From Acidimicrobiia bacterium (GTDB lineage Bacteria > Actinomycetota > Acidimicrobiia > Acidimicrobiales > Bin134): a stretch of 64,000 bases of DNA. Positions within the stretch are counted from its first letter, which is position 1; every line of letters begins with the position of its first letter. Location: positions 3,722 to 67,721 of the forward strand of contig JAJEGM010000053.1 of NCBI GenBank assembly GCA_022819825.1, given 5' to 3'. Position numbers and translations under genes: made by a program. The notes under the pieces are model-generated. The model was not told where the DNA came from and did not search any database. It saw nothing but the letters and a program-made list of their open reading frames with translations. Below are positions 8,184 to 17,832 of this stretch, piece after piece.

Positions 8184-9056
8184 GTGGCCGAGTTCGTGGT
8201 GATCACCGGGATGTCGGGAGCGGGCCGGTCGCAGGCCGCCAACCACTTTGAAGACTTGGGCTGGTATGTGGTGGACAACCTGCCCCCCGCACTGGTGCCC
8301 AAGGTCCAGGAGTTTGCCGATGCCCCCGACAGCGGCATCTCCCGAGTGGGCCTGGTGCTGGGGCTGAACCTCTACTACGAGGATGTGGCCCCCGCGCTGG
8401 TCGAACTCAAGGAATCAGCTCAAGGATCGGTGCGAATCCTCTTTCTCGACGCATCAACTCCGGAGCTGGTGAAAAGATTCGAGAGCACCAAGCGTAGGCA
8501 TCCGTTCTCCAGCGTCCCGCCGATGGGAGTGTCAGACGCCATCGAGGCCGAGCGGGAGGCTCTGGTCAACTTGCGCAGCCAGGCCGACGTGGTGGTGGAC
8601 ACCTCCGAATACAGCATCTACCAGCTCAACCACTTCATCGACGAGGTGTTCGAACTGGACGCCGGACCGGAATCGATGACCACCCGGATTATGTCGTTCG
8701 GCTTCAAGCATGGCATCCCGCTCGACGCCGACCTGGTGTTGGATTGCCGTTTCCTGCCCAATCCCCACTGGGTGGAGGAGCTGCGCCCGCTCACCGGTCA
8801 AGACGAGGCGGTGAGGGACTTCCTGCTCAACGGCCAGCCCATGGCTGAGACCTTCCTGCAAAAGACCGAGGACCTGTTGACAATGTTGGTACCGGCCTAT
8901 GTGCGGGAGGGCAAGTCGTATCTCACTATCGCTTTCGGCTGCACCGGGGGCCACCACCGCTCAGTATTCGTGGCCGAAGACATCAACCGCCGACTCATCG
9001 AGAACGCAGATCTCGGCGTCCGCCCCCTCGTCGTCCACCGAGACATCGACAAATAG
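8184..9056 (+). CDS. rapZ: RNase adapter / nucleotide-binding protein RapZ (YvcJ)
   Basis: FVVITGMSGAGRSQAANHFEDLGWYVVDNLP (Walker A) and a C-terminal CTGGHHRSV motif. Located directly after uvrC. Confidence 0.9.
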   Translation: MAEFVVITGMSGAGRSQAANHFEDLGWYVVDNLPPALVPKVQEFADAPDSGISRVGLVLGLNLYYEDVAPALVELKESAQGSVRILFLDASTPELVKRFESTKRRHPFSSVPPMGVSDAIEAEREALVNLRSQADVVVDTSEYSIYQLNHFIDEVFELDAGPESMTTRIMSFGFKHGIPLDADLVLDCRFLPNPHWVEELRPLTGQDEAVRDFLLNGQPMAETFLQKTEDLLTMLVPAYVREGKSYLTIAFGCTGGHHRSVFVAEDINRRLIENADLGVRPLVVHRDIDK

Positions 9057-9140
9057 CCCGGAGAGGCAGCAGCACCGGGTTCAGGTGGCGTCCCCGTTCC
9101 CATGTTTCGCCACCATTGCTTCGCTGGCCTCCCACAGCCT

Positions 9141-9158
9141 GGCCCCGTTTTCGGGGTC
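9141..9158 (+). terminator. Possible hairpin terminator in the convergent rapZ/SDR gap
   Basis: GGCCCCG-TTTT-CGGGGTC is a 7-bp stem (one G-T pair) with a tetraloop. No U-tract follows. Confidence 0.3.
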
Positions 9159-9236
9159 GGCGGCGCTGTCTGACACCCCCTTGCGGTTCATCAGGTGGAG
9201 GTACATCCCGGTGGACGTTCCTGCTTCTGGTGCACA

Positions 9237-10091
9237 TCAGAGATAGACGATGGGTGCGATGGCCTTCTCGGGGGACCGGAAGAACAGTCGCAGGGCCGGG
9301 TTGACGATCGGCTTCAGCAGTGCGGGCGCGTCTCGGGCGATTCTGGTGGACACGCCTCCAGGGCACAGCGCATGTACGGCCACCTCCGTGTTCTCGTGCG
9401 GGTTCAGGCGGCGTGACAACTCGGTGGCGTAGGTGCTCAACACCAGCTTGCTGAGCCCGTAGTGCCGCATGCTCTCCTTGATCCCGTATTCGGCGTATCC
9501 GCCGAGGTTGTCGAATTCGATTGTCTCATAAGACCGGTGCGATTCCGACGAGACGAACACGATTCTCGGTAGCTCTTCGCCAGGGCCCGCGGGTCGAATG
9601 ACGCCGTCCTTCAGCCACCGGTCGATCATCACCCGCTTGGACAGGAAGTGAACGGCGAACATGGTGTCGTACCCCTGTGGGGTCTCCCTCGCAGTGGGAG
9701 TCATCAAACCGGCGTTCATGAGAGCGATGTCGATCTCTATGCCCCTGCGTTGCAGTTCGTCGCAGCAGCGATGCACCGAGCGGACATCGGCCAGGTCCAC
9801 CTCCACCATCTCCACGGTCTCCGAACCCGACGCCTCCTTGATCTCATCGCAGGTCTCGTTGTGACCGGGGCGGCAGGCCAAGATCATGTTGCCGCCCCGC
9901 CGAGCCAGCTCGATGGCCGCCGCCCGGCCCAACCCGCTGTTGGCCCCGGTCACCAAGCACGTCTTGCCGTCGATTCGCACGCTGTCGGGAACCGGTTCGA
10001 CATCGGGGGTCCTCAGATTGCGGAAGTCGCGAACCGCCCCGGTGATCGCGTTGACCACAGTGCGCTTCTTTGGTGCTTGGCTCATGGCCAA
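9237..10091 (-). CDS. Short-chain dehydrogenase/reductase (SDR)
   Basis: TCLVTGANSGLGRAAAIELARRGG Rossmann motif, and YGLSK (YxxxK). Confidence 0.85.
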   Translation of the reverse strand: MAMSQAPKKRTVVNAITGAVRDFRNLRTPDVEPVPDSVRIDGKTCLVTGANSGLGRAAAIELARRGGNMILACRPGHNETCDEIKEASGSETVEMVEVDLADVRSVHRCCDELQRRGIEIDIALMNAGLMTPTARETPQGYDTMFAVHFLSKRVMIDRWLKDGVIRPAGPGEELPRIVFVSSESHRSYETIEFDNLGGYAEYGIKESMRHYGLSKLVLSTYATELSRRLNPHENTEVAVHALCPGGVSTRIARDAPALLKPIVNPALRLFFRSPEKAIAPIVYL

Positions 10092-10142
10092 CGGTACATC
10101 GTTGCTCGACGCCCGCTTCGCGCTGGTTGGGCCTTGCTTGGC

Positions 10143-11384
10143 CTATTCGAAGGGGATCGCATGGGCCTCACGGTAGGCCGCGAAGGTCTTGTCCATTACC
10201 GGCTCGCTCAGTCCGAAGTGCTCGAGCCGGTAGTGGTGCTTTCCGAAGCGGTTCTGGGGGTTCGCGGCCACGTACTGCTCGGCCAGCGCCCTGGCCTCGT
10301 CGTTGAAGTCGATTCCCGCCACCTCGTAGATCCGTTGGAGCTGGGCAATTGGATCGCGCACTAAGTCGTAGTAGGAGACATCCACGCATCGCTCGCCTGG
10401 CGCCTCGGCTCGGGTCTTCATGGCCCACTCAACCATCCGGTGCGTCTTGTTGCCCCAGTGCCGCCCGATTTCGATGGGGTCCACCTCATCGCTGAACATG
10501 CCCCGGCCGTGGGCCACCATGCTGCAAAAGGAGGTGACTGCGATGCGAGGATCGCGGTGGGTCTGAACCACCGTGGCACCGTCGAACACCTTGAGGAAGA
10601 CGTCCAGGTACTCCAGGTGGTGCGGGGTCTTGAGCACCCAGGCGCGGGCCGGTCGCGGCCAGGTAAGCACCTTCAGGACCCGGCGAAAGTACTGGTAAGT
10701 CGCCGTGTGGTCTTGTTCTGCCAGCCAGCGGGAATAGCTCGGCACGTGCAAGATGGCTTCGGCTGACTGGCTCATGAAATTGAGATCGAGGAGCAGCACG
10801 TCTTCTTCGGGCTGCTCGCGGTCGATGGGATGGACCGCCATGAAGTCGGGGGCTAGGTAGGAGATCGTCCGTTCGGCCAGCACCGCCCTCCTCTTGCGAG
10901 ATCGCTCGGCGCGTTCGGCAGTCTTCGCCGCCGTCACAGGCAACAGCGCCTCGTTGCCGGAGATGCCGCGGATTTCCGGGTTGGAATACAGCAGGCGGTG
11001 CAGCAGCGTTGTGCCGGTGCGCTGCAACCCGGTGATCATGATGACGGTGCCGAGGTCGGTGTCGTCGATCTCAGGATGCCGCTTGAGCAGGTCTTGGATC
11101 CGCAAGCGCTGAACCAGTGCGCTGGCCAGCCTCGATTTCTGGACAATTAGACCGGTTGGAGTCAGTCGAGCTTCGTCGTTGATCGAATTCACGAGCACTT
11201 GCAACGCCTCCAAGTGCCCATCGTCACCGAAGTCCGAGAGCCCGGTTTTGCGCGTTGCGTGCTTGACGAGTTTGTTGACCTCTAGGCGGCCAGGGAGTCC
11301 GAGGCGCTGGCCGGCGCGGGCCAGCCGATTGAAGGCCCGGATGGGGACCGGCCGAAAGGGATTCTCGTAGTCGGTGGACGTCAA
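10143..11384 (-). CDS. Sulfotransferase family protein (PAPS-dependent type)
   Basis: 5'-PSB-like motif LQRTGTTLLHRLL and 3'-PB-like motif THRDPRIAVTSFCS. 413 aa. Confidence 0.75.
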   Translation of the reverse strand: MTSTDYENPFRPVPIRAFNRLARAGQRLGLPGRLEVNKLVKHATRKTGLSDFGDDGHLEALQVLVNSINDEARLTPTGLIVQKSRLASALVQRLRIQDLLKRHPEIDDTDLGTVIMITGLQRTGTTLLHRLLYSNPEIRGISGNEALLPVTAAKTAERAERSRKRRAVLAERTISYLAPDFMAVHPIDREQPEEDVLLLDLNFMSQSAEAILHVPSYSRWLAEQDHTATYQYFRRVLKVLTWPRPARAWVLKTPHHLEYLDVFLKVFDGATVVQTHRDPRIAVTSFCSMVAHGRGMFSDEVDPIEIGRHWGNKTHRMVEWAMKTRAEAPGERCVDVSYYDLVRDPIAQLQRIYEVAGIDFNDEARALAEQYVAANPQNRFGKHHYRLEHFGLSEPVMDKTFAAYREAHAIPFE

Positions 11385-11388
11385 GCCG

Positions 11389-12573
11389 CTAGTCCCGCAA
11401 GCTGCTCAACGGCACCACCCGGCACTGCGGCTGGGGAGTCTCGACGGCCCGCACCCATCGGAACGACATGGTGCCAAGCGAGTGGCCTGCGGTTTCGATC
11501 CAGTTGGGCAGGCCGGGATCCTCATGGGCCACGATCAGGCGCACCGACCCATCGGCTTCGTAGCGGGCCAGATGGCTGTTGGTGTGGATCGTGAAGTGGC
11601 GATAGTCCAGCGATTCCATCCAGTAGTTGCTGAGCTGGAAGTTCCAGTACTCGCAATCCGGGGGAGTGGCCTCGATCACCAGCGCCTCGTCGGGTCCCAG
11701 CGCCCAGTGGCTGTGGTAGTAGGTGATGTTGGGATCGCCCCCGGCGTTCAGCGACACGTCTGGGTCGAACTGGGGAAGCTGGTTGCTGTGCTTGGAGAAG
11801 TCACGGGCCCACTTGGTGAACAGCAGCGGCGCGCCCATCACCAGCGCCCCCACGTTCTTCAACCCGTCATCCAAAGCCTTTGGCGTCAGGTGCGAAGGCT
11901 GGCTCTCTTCGGGAGCGCAGTTGATGCGCTCGATGGACAGCTCGGCAGGGACCTCCGTGCTGCGGTCGGCAAAGGTCTGACGCACCACCAACGTGCCGGT
12001 CTCGGGGGTCATCGGCAGCCAGTTGCCCTCCTGGGGGGTGCTGCTCAGGATCAGCTCGAAACACCCGTCGGCGTCCATCTCGATCTGATCGGCTTCGATG
12101 TGCCCTGTAGGGGGCAGGCCGCCGCCCTGGCCGTAGTTGCCCGACTGGGTTCCGATGCTCAGGTAGGCGATGTTGTTGCGTCTCCCGGTGATCTTGTAGT
12201 CGTAGCTGCCGTCCAACGCCGCGGTGTAGTAGTAGTTGTCGGGATTGTCGGCGCCCAGCTTGGTGGTCTCGTTGGCCACCCGGTGCATCACCGGGGCCTT
12301 GGGGTCGGCATGCTCGATGAACGCCATCAGACCGGCCCGGGCGAGGCGGCTCAGGTGCCGGTAGCCCTCCGCCTGGTTGAACGGATCGCGCGGCGCGCCG
12401 GGGAAGTTCATCGCCGCCCCCGCCGCCTTCAAGGAATCGCAAAACTCCTCCCAGGCCTTGCCGCTCACTACCCGCTGTTCGGCCACATCGTCGAGCGTCT
12501 TGCCCCGCATCTTCCGGACCAGAAGGGAGATCCGTCGAAAGGCACCGAGCACTCGAATAGCAAGCCGTCGCAT
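11389..12573 (-). CDS. Conserved hypothetical, DUF1214-like (family assignment tentative)
   Basis: 394-aa ORF with good coding character, 4 nt upstream of the sulfotransferase gene. Clear paralog of 41156..42343, sharing AWxxFCxxLK, AEGxRH, NADP..., LGxDNPD, EALxIE and YWNxQL. Alternative start at 12510. Confidence 0.6.
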   Translation of the reverse strand: MRRLAIRVLGAFRRISLLVRKMRGKTLDDVAEQRVVSGKAWEEFCDSLKAAGAAMNFPGAPRDPFNQAEGYRHLSRLARAGLMAFIEHADPKAPVMHRVANETTKLGADNPDNYYYTAALDGSYDYKITGRRNNIAYLSIGTQSGNYGQGGGLPPTGHIEADQIEMDADGCFELILSSTPQEGNWLPMTPETGTLVVRQTFADRSTEVPAELSIERINCAPEESQPSHLTPKALDDGLKNVGALVMGAPLLFTKWARDFSKHSNQLPQFDPDVSLNAGGDPNITYYHSHWALGPDEALVIEATPPDCEYWNFQLSNYWMESLDYRHFTIHTNSHLARYEADGSVRLIVAHEDPGLPNWIETAGHSLGTMSFRWVRAVETPQPQCRVVPLSSLRD

Positions 12574-12653
12574 GGCGAATGTCTAGTGACGGCTCCGGCT
12601 CGGCGGCAACATGGGTCCGGCACACCGCGGTGTCGTTGAACCATGATGGTCCG

Positions 12654-13643
12654 GTGAGATTCGGCCTGCTCCTGACCTCGGTTCACGGCCGGTCGATGCC
12701 CGCCCACCAGCAGATCGCCGAGCACCACGAGCTGATCTCCGTGGCCGTGGATCACGGGTTCGACCTAGTGGTGGCAGGCCAGCATTTCGCAGCCCCGACC
12801 TTGCGCTACCTCCAGCCCATCCCGTATCTGACCTCGGTGTCCATGCAATTCCCTTCGGTCAGCGTCGCCACCGGCATCCTGCTGATGCCCCTGCACCATC
12901 CCCTCACCATCGCCGAGGAGATGGCCACCATGGACGCGGTGACCGGCGGGCGGGCGATCATGGGCGTGGGCATCGGCTACAACCAAGACGAGTTCGACGC
13001 CTTCGGCATCGACCGCACCACCCGGACCGATCGGTTCGAGGAGGCGGTGGAGATCATCCGAGCACTGTGGACCGGCCAGCCTGTAACCCACCAGGGCCGA
13101 TTCTTCCAGCTCGACAGCATGGAGGTGTCCACACTGCCCGTCCAGCGGCCTCATCCCCCGATCTGGGTCGGGGCCCAGGTGAAGGCATCGGTGCGGCGGG
13201 CCGCCCGAGTGGGCGACGCTTGGTACGCCGCACCGTTCCCCACCCACCGAGAGCTCATCGACCTCTACCGGGCCTATCTGGAGGAGCGAGCGGCCCACGG
13301 CAACCGGGCGCGGGCCGCCATCCCCGTGCGTCGGGAGGTCTACATCGCCGACAGCCCTGCTGAGGCCGAGGCAGCGGTGGCCGCGGGCGCGTCGTCGCGC
13401 TATGGCACGTATCGCTCTTGGGGGCTTGACGTTGACGACGGCATCGGCAAAAGCGATTGGCTGGACAACCGCTTCGTGCTCGGCAGCCCGTCCGATGTGG
13501 CGGAGGGGCTCTCCTATCTCATGGCCCAGGTGGAGCACTCCCACTTCGTCTACAAGCCGCAGTGGCCCGGATACGACCATGCCCACGCCCTCGCCCAGCT
13601 CGAGCGGTTCGGCTCCGAGGTGATCCCGCTATTGTCCGGCTGA
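12654..13643 (+). CDS. LLM-class (luciferase-like) flavin-dependent oxidoreductase
   Basis: Bacterial luciferase-like pattern (VRFGLLL..., GRAIMGVGIGYNQDEF, PPIWVGA). Start set at the in-frame GTG 12654 (ORF track opens at 12579). Confidence 0.8.
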   Translation: MRFGLLLTSVHGRSMPAHQQIAEHHELISVAVDHGFDLVVAGQHFAAPTLRYLQPIPYLTSVSMQFPSVSVATGILLMPLHHPLTIAEEMATMDAVTGGRAIMGVGIGYNQDEFDAFGIDRTTRTDRFEEAVEIIRALWTGQPVTHQGRFFQLDSMEVSTLPVQRPHPPIWVGAQVKASVRRAARVGDAWYAAPFPTHRELIDLYRAYLEERAAHGNRARAAIPVRREVYIADSPAEAEAAVAAGASSRYGTYRSWGLDVDDGIGKSDWLDNRFVLGSPSDVAEGLSYLMAQVEHSHFVYKPQWPGYDHAHALAQLERFGSEVIPLLSG

Positions 13644-13692
13644 CACCGAGAACCCCTACCACCCAAAGCCCCAACTACCGAAAGCAGAGCCC

Positions 13693-14628
13693 ATGGGATC
13701 GGACAACACTCCCTACCGCGGTCCAAAGATCGGTCTCTGCTTGCCCTACGAGGGCCCAGCCACAGCCGAGGACATCGTCGATGTCGCCCAGGCGGCGGAG
13801 TCGGCCGGTTTGGACTCGGTGTGGGTGGGCGACCACATCGCCTTTCCGGTGGAGTTCACCTCGCAGAACCCGACGATGGCCGACGGGAAGTACCCCTATC
13901 CCACCGACAACCCCCGCCTGGAGGCCCTGACCACCTTGGCCTTTGTGGCCGGGGCGACGTCCACCATCAGGCTGGCGGTGAATGCCTGCGTGTTGCCGCA
14001 GCGCAATCCGGTGGTCGTGGGCAAGGCCGTGGCCACCCTCGACTACCTGTCGGGGGGAAGGGTGATCTTCGGGGTGACCCTCGGATGGCTCCGCGAGGAG
14101 TTCGACGCCCTCGGTGCCGACTACGGCCGCCGCCGGCAGTTGCTGGAGGACGGCATCGAGATCCTGCGGGCGCTGTGGGAGCAGGACCAGCCCTCCTATG
14201 AGGGGGAGACCCACTCGTTCTTGCCCCTCAATATGCGGCCCAAGCCGGTCCAGTCGCCGGTGCCCATCTTCGTGGGCGGCCACTCCCGGCCGGCGCTCCG
14301 CCGGGCCGCCGCAGTAGGGGACGGCTGGCTGGCGGCGCGGATGTCCCCGGACGACTTGCGGGAACACGTGGGCTTTCTGCGAGAGGAGCGAAAGCGGTCG
14401 CCGCGGGCCGATCAGCCCTTCACCGTGGCCACCAACTGCCCGGCCGCAGTGGGAAGCGGTTCGGCCGGAGTGCTCGATCTCACCGATGGCGACGCCACCC
14501 GGAGCATGCTGGCGGCGCTGGGGGAGGCGGGGGCCGATGTCGTCAACATGGTGGTGGTCTCCTATGACCCCGCCGAGACCCGAGAGGCGGCCCACGCCTT
14601 GGGCCAGCACTGCCATTCAGTCCAATAG
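13693..14628 (+). CDS. LLM-class oxidoreductase, probably F420-dependent
   Basis: IGLCLPYEG..., AESAGLDSVWVGDHIAFP, GRVIFGVTLGWLREEF and PIFVGGHS resemble the F420-dependent LLM subgroup. The cofactor is inferred only. Confidence 0.75.
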   Translation: MGSDNTPYRGPKIGLCLPYEGPATAEDIVDVAQAAESAGLDSVWVGDHIAFPVEFTSQNPTMADGKYPYPTDNPRLEALTTLAFVAGATSTIRLAVNACVLPQRNPVVVGKAVATLDYLSGGRVIFGVTLGWLREEFDALGADYGRRRQLLEDGIEILRALWEQDQPSYEGETHSFLPLNMRPKPVQSPVPIFVGGHSRPALRRAAAVGDGWLAARMSPDDLREHVGFLREERKRSPRADQPFTVATNCPAAVGSGSAGVLDLTDGDATRSMLAALGEAGADVVNMVVVSYDPAETREAAHALGQHCHSVQ

Positions 14629-14634
14629 GGGCCC

Positions 14635-15834
14635 TCAGGCCGTGCCCGCCACCCCGGCCTTGATCAAGGCGGCGATCTCCTCGGGGCTGTAGCCGGCTTC
14701 GGCCAGGATCTCCTCGCTGTGCTGGCCCAGCACCGGGGGAGGCCCGGCAATCCCGCCAGGGGTGTCGTGCAGCCCGATCACCGGACCCAGCTGGGGGATC
14801 TCGCCCAAAGTGGCGTGCTCCACCGACTGCACCAGTCCGGCCTGCTTCACCTGGGGGTGGTTGAGGATCTGCGAGAAGGTGTGGACCGGCCCGAACAGCG
14901 CCCGGTGCTGGTTGAACGACTCCTCCCACTGCGCACTGGCCCGGGTGATGAAGATGCTTTGCAGGTATTCGGTGAGCTCGGCACGGGCGTCCACCCGCTG
15001 CTGGTTGGTCAGATAGCGCTTGTCGGCAGCCAATTCCGGCTCGCCGATAGCCTGGCAGAAGCGCTCCCACCCGTCGGTGCCGCCCCACACACCGGTCACC
15101 ACGTGTCCGTCGGCGGTCTGGAACGCCTCATAGGGCACCACCACGCTGTGGGCGCTGCCGTGGCGCTCTGGATCCTCACCGTCCACCCAGTGCGAGGCCA
15201 GCCGGGTGGTGAGCGACGACATCAGGGCGAAGAGCATCGAGACGTCGATGAGCTGGCCCTTGCCGGTTTGCTGTCGGGCGAACAGGCCGAGCATGGCGGC
15301 CTGGGCGGTGACCAAGGCGCCGGTGAAATCGGCCATCGGGACCCCCACCAGATTGGGCCCTCGATCAGGCTCCCCGGTCACCGACATGACCCCCGAGACG
15401 GCCTGGACCACCGGGTCGGTTCCCGGATAGGGGGCCAGCGGACCGTCCGGTCCGAAGGCGGTGAGGGAGATGTACACGATCTGGTCGTTGATGGCCGACA
15501 GGGCGTCGTAGCCGATGCCGATCTCGTCGGCCACGCCGGGCCGGTAGCTGGTGACCACCACGTCGACCGTGGCGGCCAGGCGATGGACTGCCTCGAGTCC
15601 CTCGGGTTTGCGCATGTCCAGTGCGAGGCTGCGCTTGCCCCGGTTCCAGATGAGGAACAGCGCGCTCTCGCCGTCGATAAACGCGGTGCCGACGCCTCGG
15701 CTGCCGTCGCCGTGGGGAAGGCTCTCCACCTTGATGATGTCGGCTCCGTAGTCGCCCAGAATCATGGTGCCGTAGGGGCCGGCCATGTGGCGGGTGAAGT
15801 CGAGCACCCGGATTCCGTCGAGGGGCTTGGTCAT
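14635..15834 (-). CDS. Family III CoA-transferase (CaiB/BaiF; the family also includes alpha-methylacyl-CoA racemases)
   Basis: MTKPLDGIRVLDFTRHMAGPYG is a canonical N-terminus. Start ATG at 15834 overlaps the upstream stop by 4 bp (ATGA). The ORF-track extension to 16212 is Arg/Pro-rich noise. Confidence 0.85.
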   Translation of the reverse strand: MTKPLDGIRVLDFTRHMAGPYGTMILGDYGADIIKVESLPHGDGSRGVGTAFIDGESALFLIWNRGKRSLALDMRKPEGLEAVHRLAATVDVVVTSYRPGVADEIGIGYDALSAINDQIVYISLTAFGPDGPLAPYPGTDPVVQAVSGVMSVTGEPDRGPNLVGVPMADFTGALVTAQAAMLGLFARQQTGKGQLIDVSMLFALMSSLTTRLASHWVDGEDPERHGSAHSVVVPYEAFQTADGHVVTGVWGGTDGWERFCQAIGEPELAADKRYLTNQQRVDARAELTEYLQSIFITRASAQWEESFNQHRALFGPVHTFSQILNHPQVKQAGLVQSVEHATLGEIPQLGPVIGLHDTPGGIAGPPPVLGQHSEEILAEAGYSPEEIAALIKAGVAGTA

Positions 15835-17018
15835 GCCCGGCCTCCGGTGAGGTCTTCTCCAATCAGCTTGTCCAACCCGATTTCGGCGAGGATCTCGGCG
15901 TTGTCTGCGCCCAGGTCCGGAGGGGGCGGCAGGTCGGACAGGTCGGGTTGGGCGGCTTCGTTGGGGTTCGAGGAGAGCTGCACCGGTGACGCGGCCATTT
16001 GAACTCGGCCTCCGGGAAGCTCGGTGCCCCGGAGCACCCGGTTGACGGCGGCGTGGTCGCTGCTGACCGCCTCGTCGAGGGTGAGTATGGGGGCGAACGG
16101 TATCTCGGCTTCGTCGAGAAGGCGGTTCCAGTCGTTGAAGGTGCGCTGGCTGATGGCCTCGGCGATCAGCGGGAACTCGTCGTCGTATCCGAAGTCCATG
16201 CTGTGGGTCCACTCGCCTCGGGCTCGGAGTTGGTCCAGCCCGGCCAAGTCGCAGAATCGCTCCCAGGCGACCTTTTCCAGCGGGCAGATGAGCAGGGCGC
16301 GGCGGTCGGAGGTGGCGTACATGGCGTAGCGCGATCCCAACGAGCGGTACTCATGCCAAGGCTCGTCGTTGTTGACCCAGGTATTCACGTCTCGCCAGTT
16401 CCACCACAGTGCGGTGTTCCAGATGGAGGTGTGTACGAACTGGGGTCCGCCGCCCCTGTCTCGCTTGACGATGGCGGCCAGCACCCCCATGGCGCCGAAA
16501 ACCCCGGCCAGCAGCACCCCGGCCGAGCGCCACCCGACTCTGGTCTGGGGCTGGCCCTCTTTCCACTCCACCTCGACCCGGCCGGCCAGCGCGTCCATGT
16601 TCTGGCCGTGGGCCTTGTATTCGGCCCACGGTCCGGCCAGCCCGTAGCCCGAGATCACGCAGTACACCAGCTGCGGGTTGGCCTCGAGGAGGGTGTGGAA
16701 GTCGAGTCCTCGGCGAACGGCGTCCTTGGGGCGGGCGCCGACGATCACCGCGTCGGCCCAGGCGGTGATCCCGACCACCACCTCGGCCCAGTGGGGCGAG
16801 CGGGTGCTGATTGCGATGCTGCGGGTGCCGGGGTTGAGGGCGAGGTGCAGATCGCTGACCCCGGCGATCTTGGGATCGTTGCCCCGATTGCCGTCGCCCT
16901 GAACCGGGTGTTCGACCTTGATGACGTCGGCGCCCATCTCCACCAGCAGATGCGAGGCCAGCGGCCCCGACATGTGGGTGGAGAAGTCGACGATGCGCAG
17001 CGGTTCCGGTTGGGTCAT
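15831..17018 (-). CDS. Family III CoA-transferase (CaiB/BaiF) paralog
   Basis: PLRIVDFSTHMSGPLASHLLVEMGADVIKVE is a family III signature N-terminus. Confidence 0.85.
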   Translation of the reverse strand: MTQPEPLRIVDFSTHMSGPLASHLLVEMGADVIKVEHPVQGDGNRGNDPKIAGVSDLHLALNPGTRSIAISTRSPHWAEVVVGITAWADAVIVGARPKDAVRRGLDFHTLLEANPQLVYCVISGYGLAGPWAEYKAHGQNMDALAGRVEVEWKEGQPQTRVGWRSAGVLLAGVFGAMGVLAAIVKRDRGGGPQFVHTSIWNTALWWNWRDVNTWVNNDEPWHEYRSLGSRYAMYATSDRRALLICPLEKVAWERFCDLAGLDQLRARGEWTHSMDFGYDDEFPLIAEAISQRTFNDWNRLLDEAEIPFAPILTLDEAVSSDHAAVNRVLRGTELPGGRVQMAASPVQLSSNPNEAAQPDLSDLPPPPDLGADNAEILAEIGLDKLIGEDLTGGRA

Positions 17019-17025
17019 CGCCGGT

Positions 17026-17832
17026 TCACCCGAGGATGGCCAGGATTTGGCGGGACTGGCACAGCAGAGTGCCGTCCGGGGCCCAGATGTCGAGATCCCA
17101 GTCCAGGTAGCCGCCGCGGACCAGCCCGGTGCGCGACCGCAGCAGCACCATGTCGTCGGCCTTTGCCTGGGACAGGTCGGTCCGGAAATAGGTGGTGTGG
17201 TCCAGGGTGGCGGTGGTGTACATGCGGTCGAGGCGCACCCACCAGCCCATCATCCCGATATCGCCGATCATCAACAGACCGGGGGCGTCGATGGGGCGGG
17301 CCTGGGCGAAGCCGGCCCATCCCACCCGCTCCATGGGGCCGTCGGGCGCGGTGAACGGTTTCGGTCCGAGGCGGTCCTGCATGACCACGTTGTCGCCATA
17401 GGGATATGCGAACTCGGGCACGTAGCCGTCGGTCTCCCGTCCCGGGGTGGGCGGGGCCACCTCGGGCATGGGCAGCTCGTCGAACTCGGGGCTGGGCCGG
17501 TCGGTGGCGAAGCTGGCCAACGCGGTGGCGATCAGCTTGTCGCCCTGCACCACCCGGGCCGCAGTGCTGATGAGGGTGCGGCCCGTGCGGAGCACTTCGG
17601 TCTGCACCTCGTAGTCGCCCTCGCCCGGCGCTCGCAGCAGATGGGCGGTGAACGACAGCGGGCGGTACTGGGGGTCGGTGACCGTGGCTGCGAGTCCGGC
17701 CATCAATTGAGCCTCCACCAGCCCGGCGGGAACGCGGCCCGAGGCCATCCACGACGGGGGTGTGGAGGTGAGGAAGCGCCCGTCGCCCAGCGGCGTGTGA
17801 GCGATGGCCTCGTCGAATGATGAAGCGGTCAC
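17026..17832 (-). CDS. Acyl-CoA thioesterase family protein (double hot-dog, TesB-like)
   Basis: FDEAIAHTPLGDGRFLTSTPPSW...RPLSFTAHLLRAPGEG...RTGRTLISTAARVVQGDKLIATALASFA matches the actinobacterial thioesterase pattern. 4-bp overlap with the upstream LLM gene. Confidence 0.75.
   Translation of the reverse strand: MTASSFDEAIAHTPLGDGRFLTSTPPSWMASGRVPAGLVEAQLMAGLAATVTDPQYRPLSFTAHLLRAPGEGDYEVQTEVLRTGRTLISTAARVVQGDKLIATALASFATDRPSPEFDELPMPEVAPPTPGRETDGYVPEFAYPYGDNVVMQDRLGPKPFTAPDGPMERVGWAGFAQARPIDAPGLLMIGDIGMMGWWVRLDRMYTTATLDHTTYFRTDLSQAKADDMVLLRSRTGLVRGGYLDWDLDIWAPDGTLLCQSRQILAILG

Noticed and set aside
12622-12633. Perfect 12-bp palindrome ACACCGCGGTGT in the DUF1214-operon / LLM divergent gap
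   Set aside because: Roughly a dozen such palindromes are expected by chance in 64 kb. There is no second copy or partner regulator gene nearby.
11374-12639. 421-aa plus-strand ORF overlapping the DUF1214-like gene
   Set aside because: It is a mirror-frame artefact of a high-GC coding region. It has no motifs, and the opposite strand has a paralog-supported gene.
15835-16212. 126-codon N-terminal extension of the CoA-transferase ORF
   Set aside because: It is an Arg/Pro-rich sequence overlapping the upstream gene. The canonical start MTKPLDGIRVLDF at 15834 overlaps the upstream stop (ATGA).
14719-17354. Two long plus-strand ORFs (427 and 451 aa) across the CoA-transferase genes
   Set aside because: They are antisense to two genes with canonical family III CoA-transferase N-termini. 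Their composition is low-complexity and rich in G, A, R, P and V.
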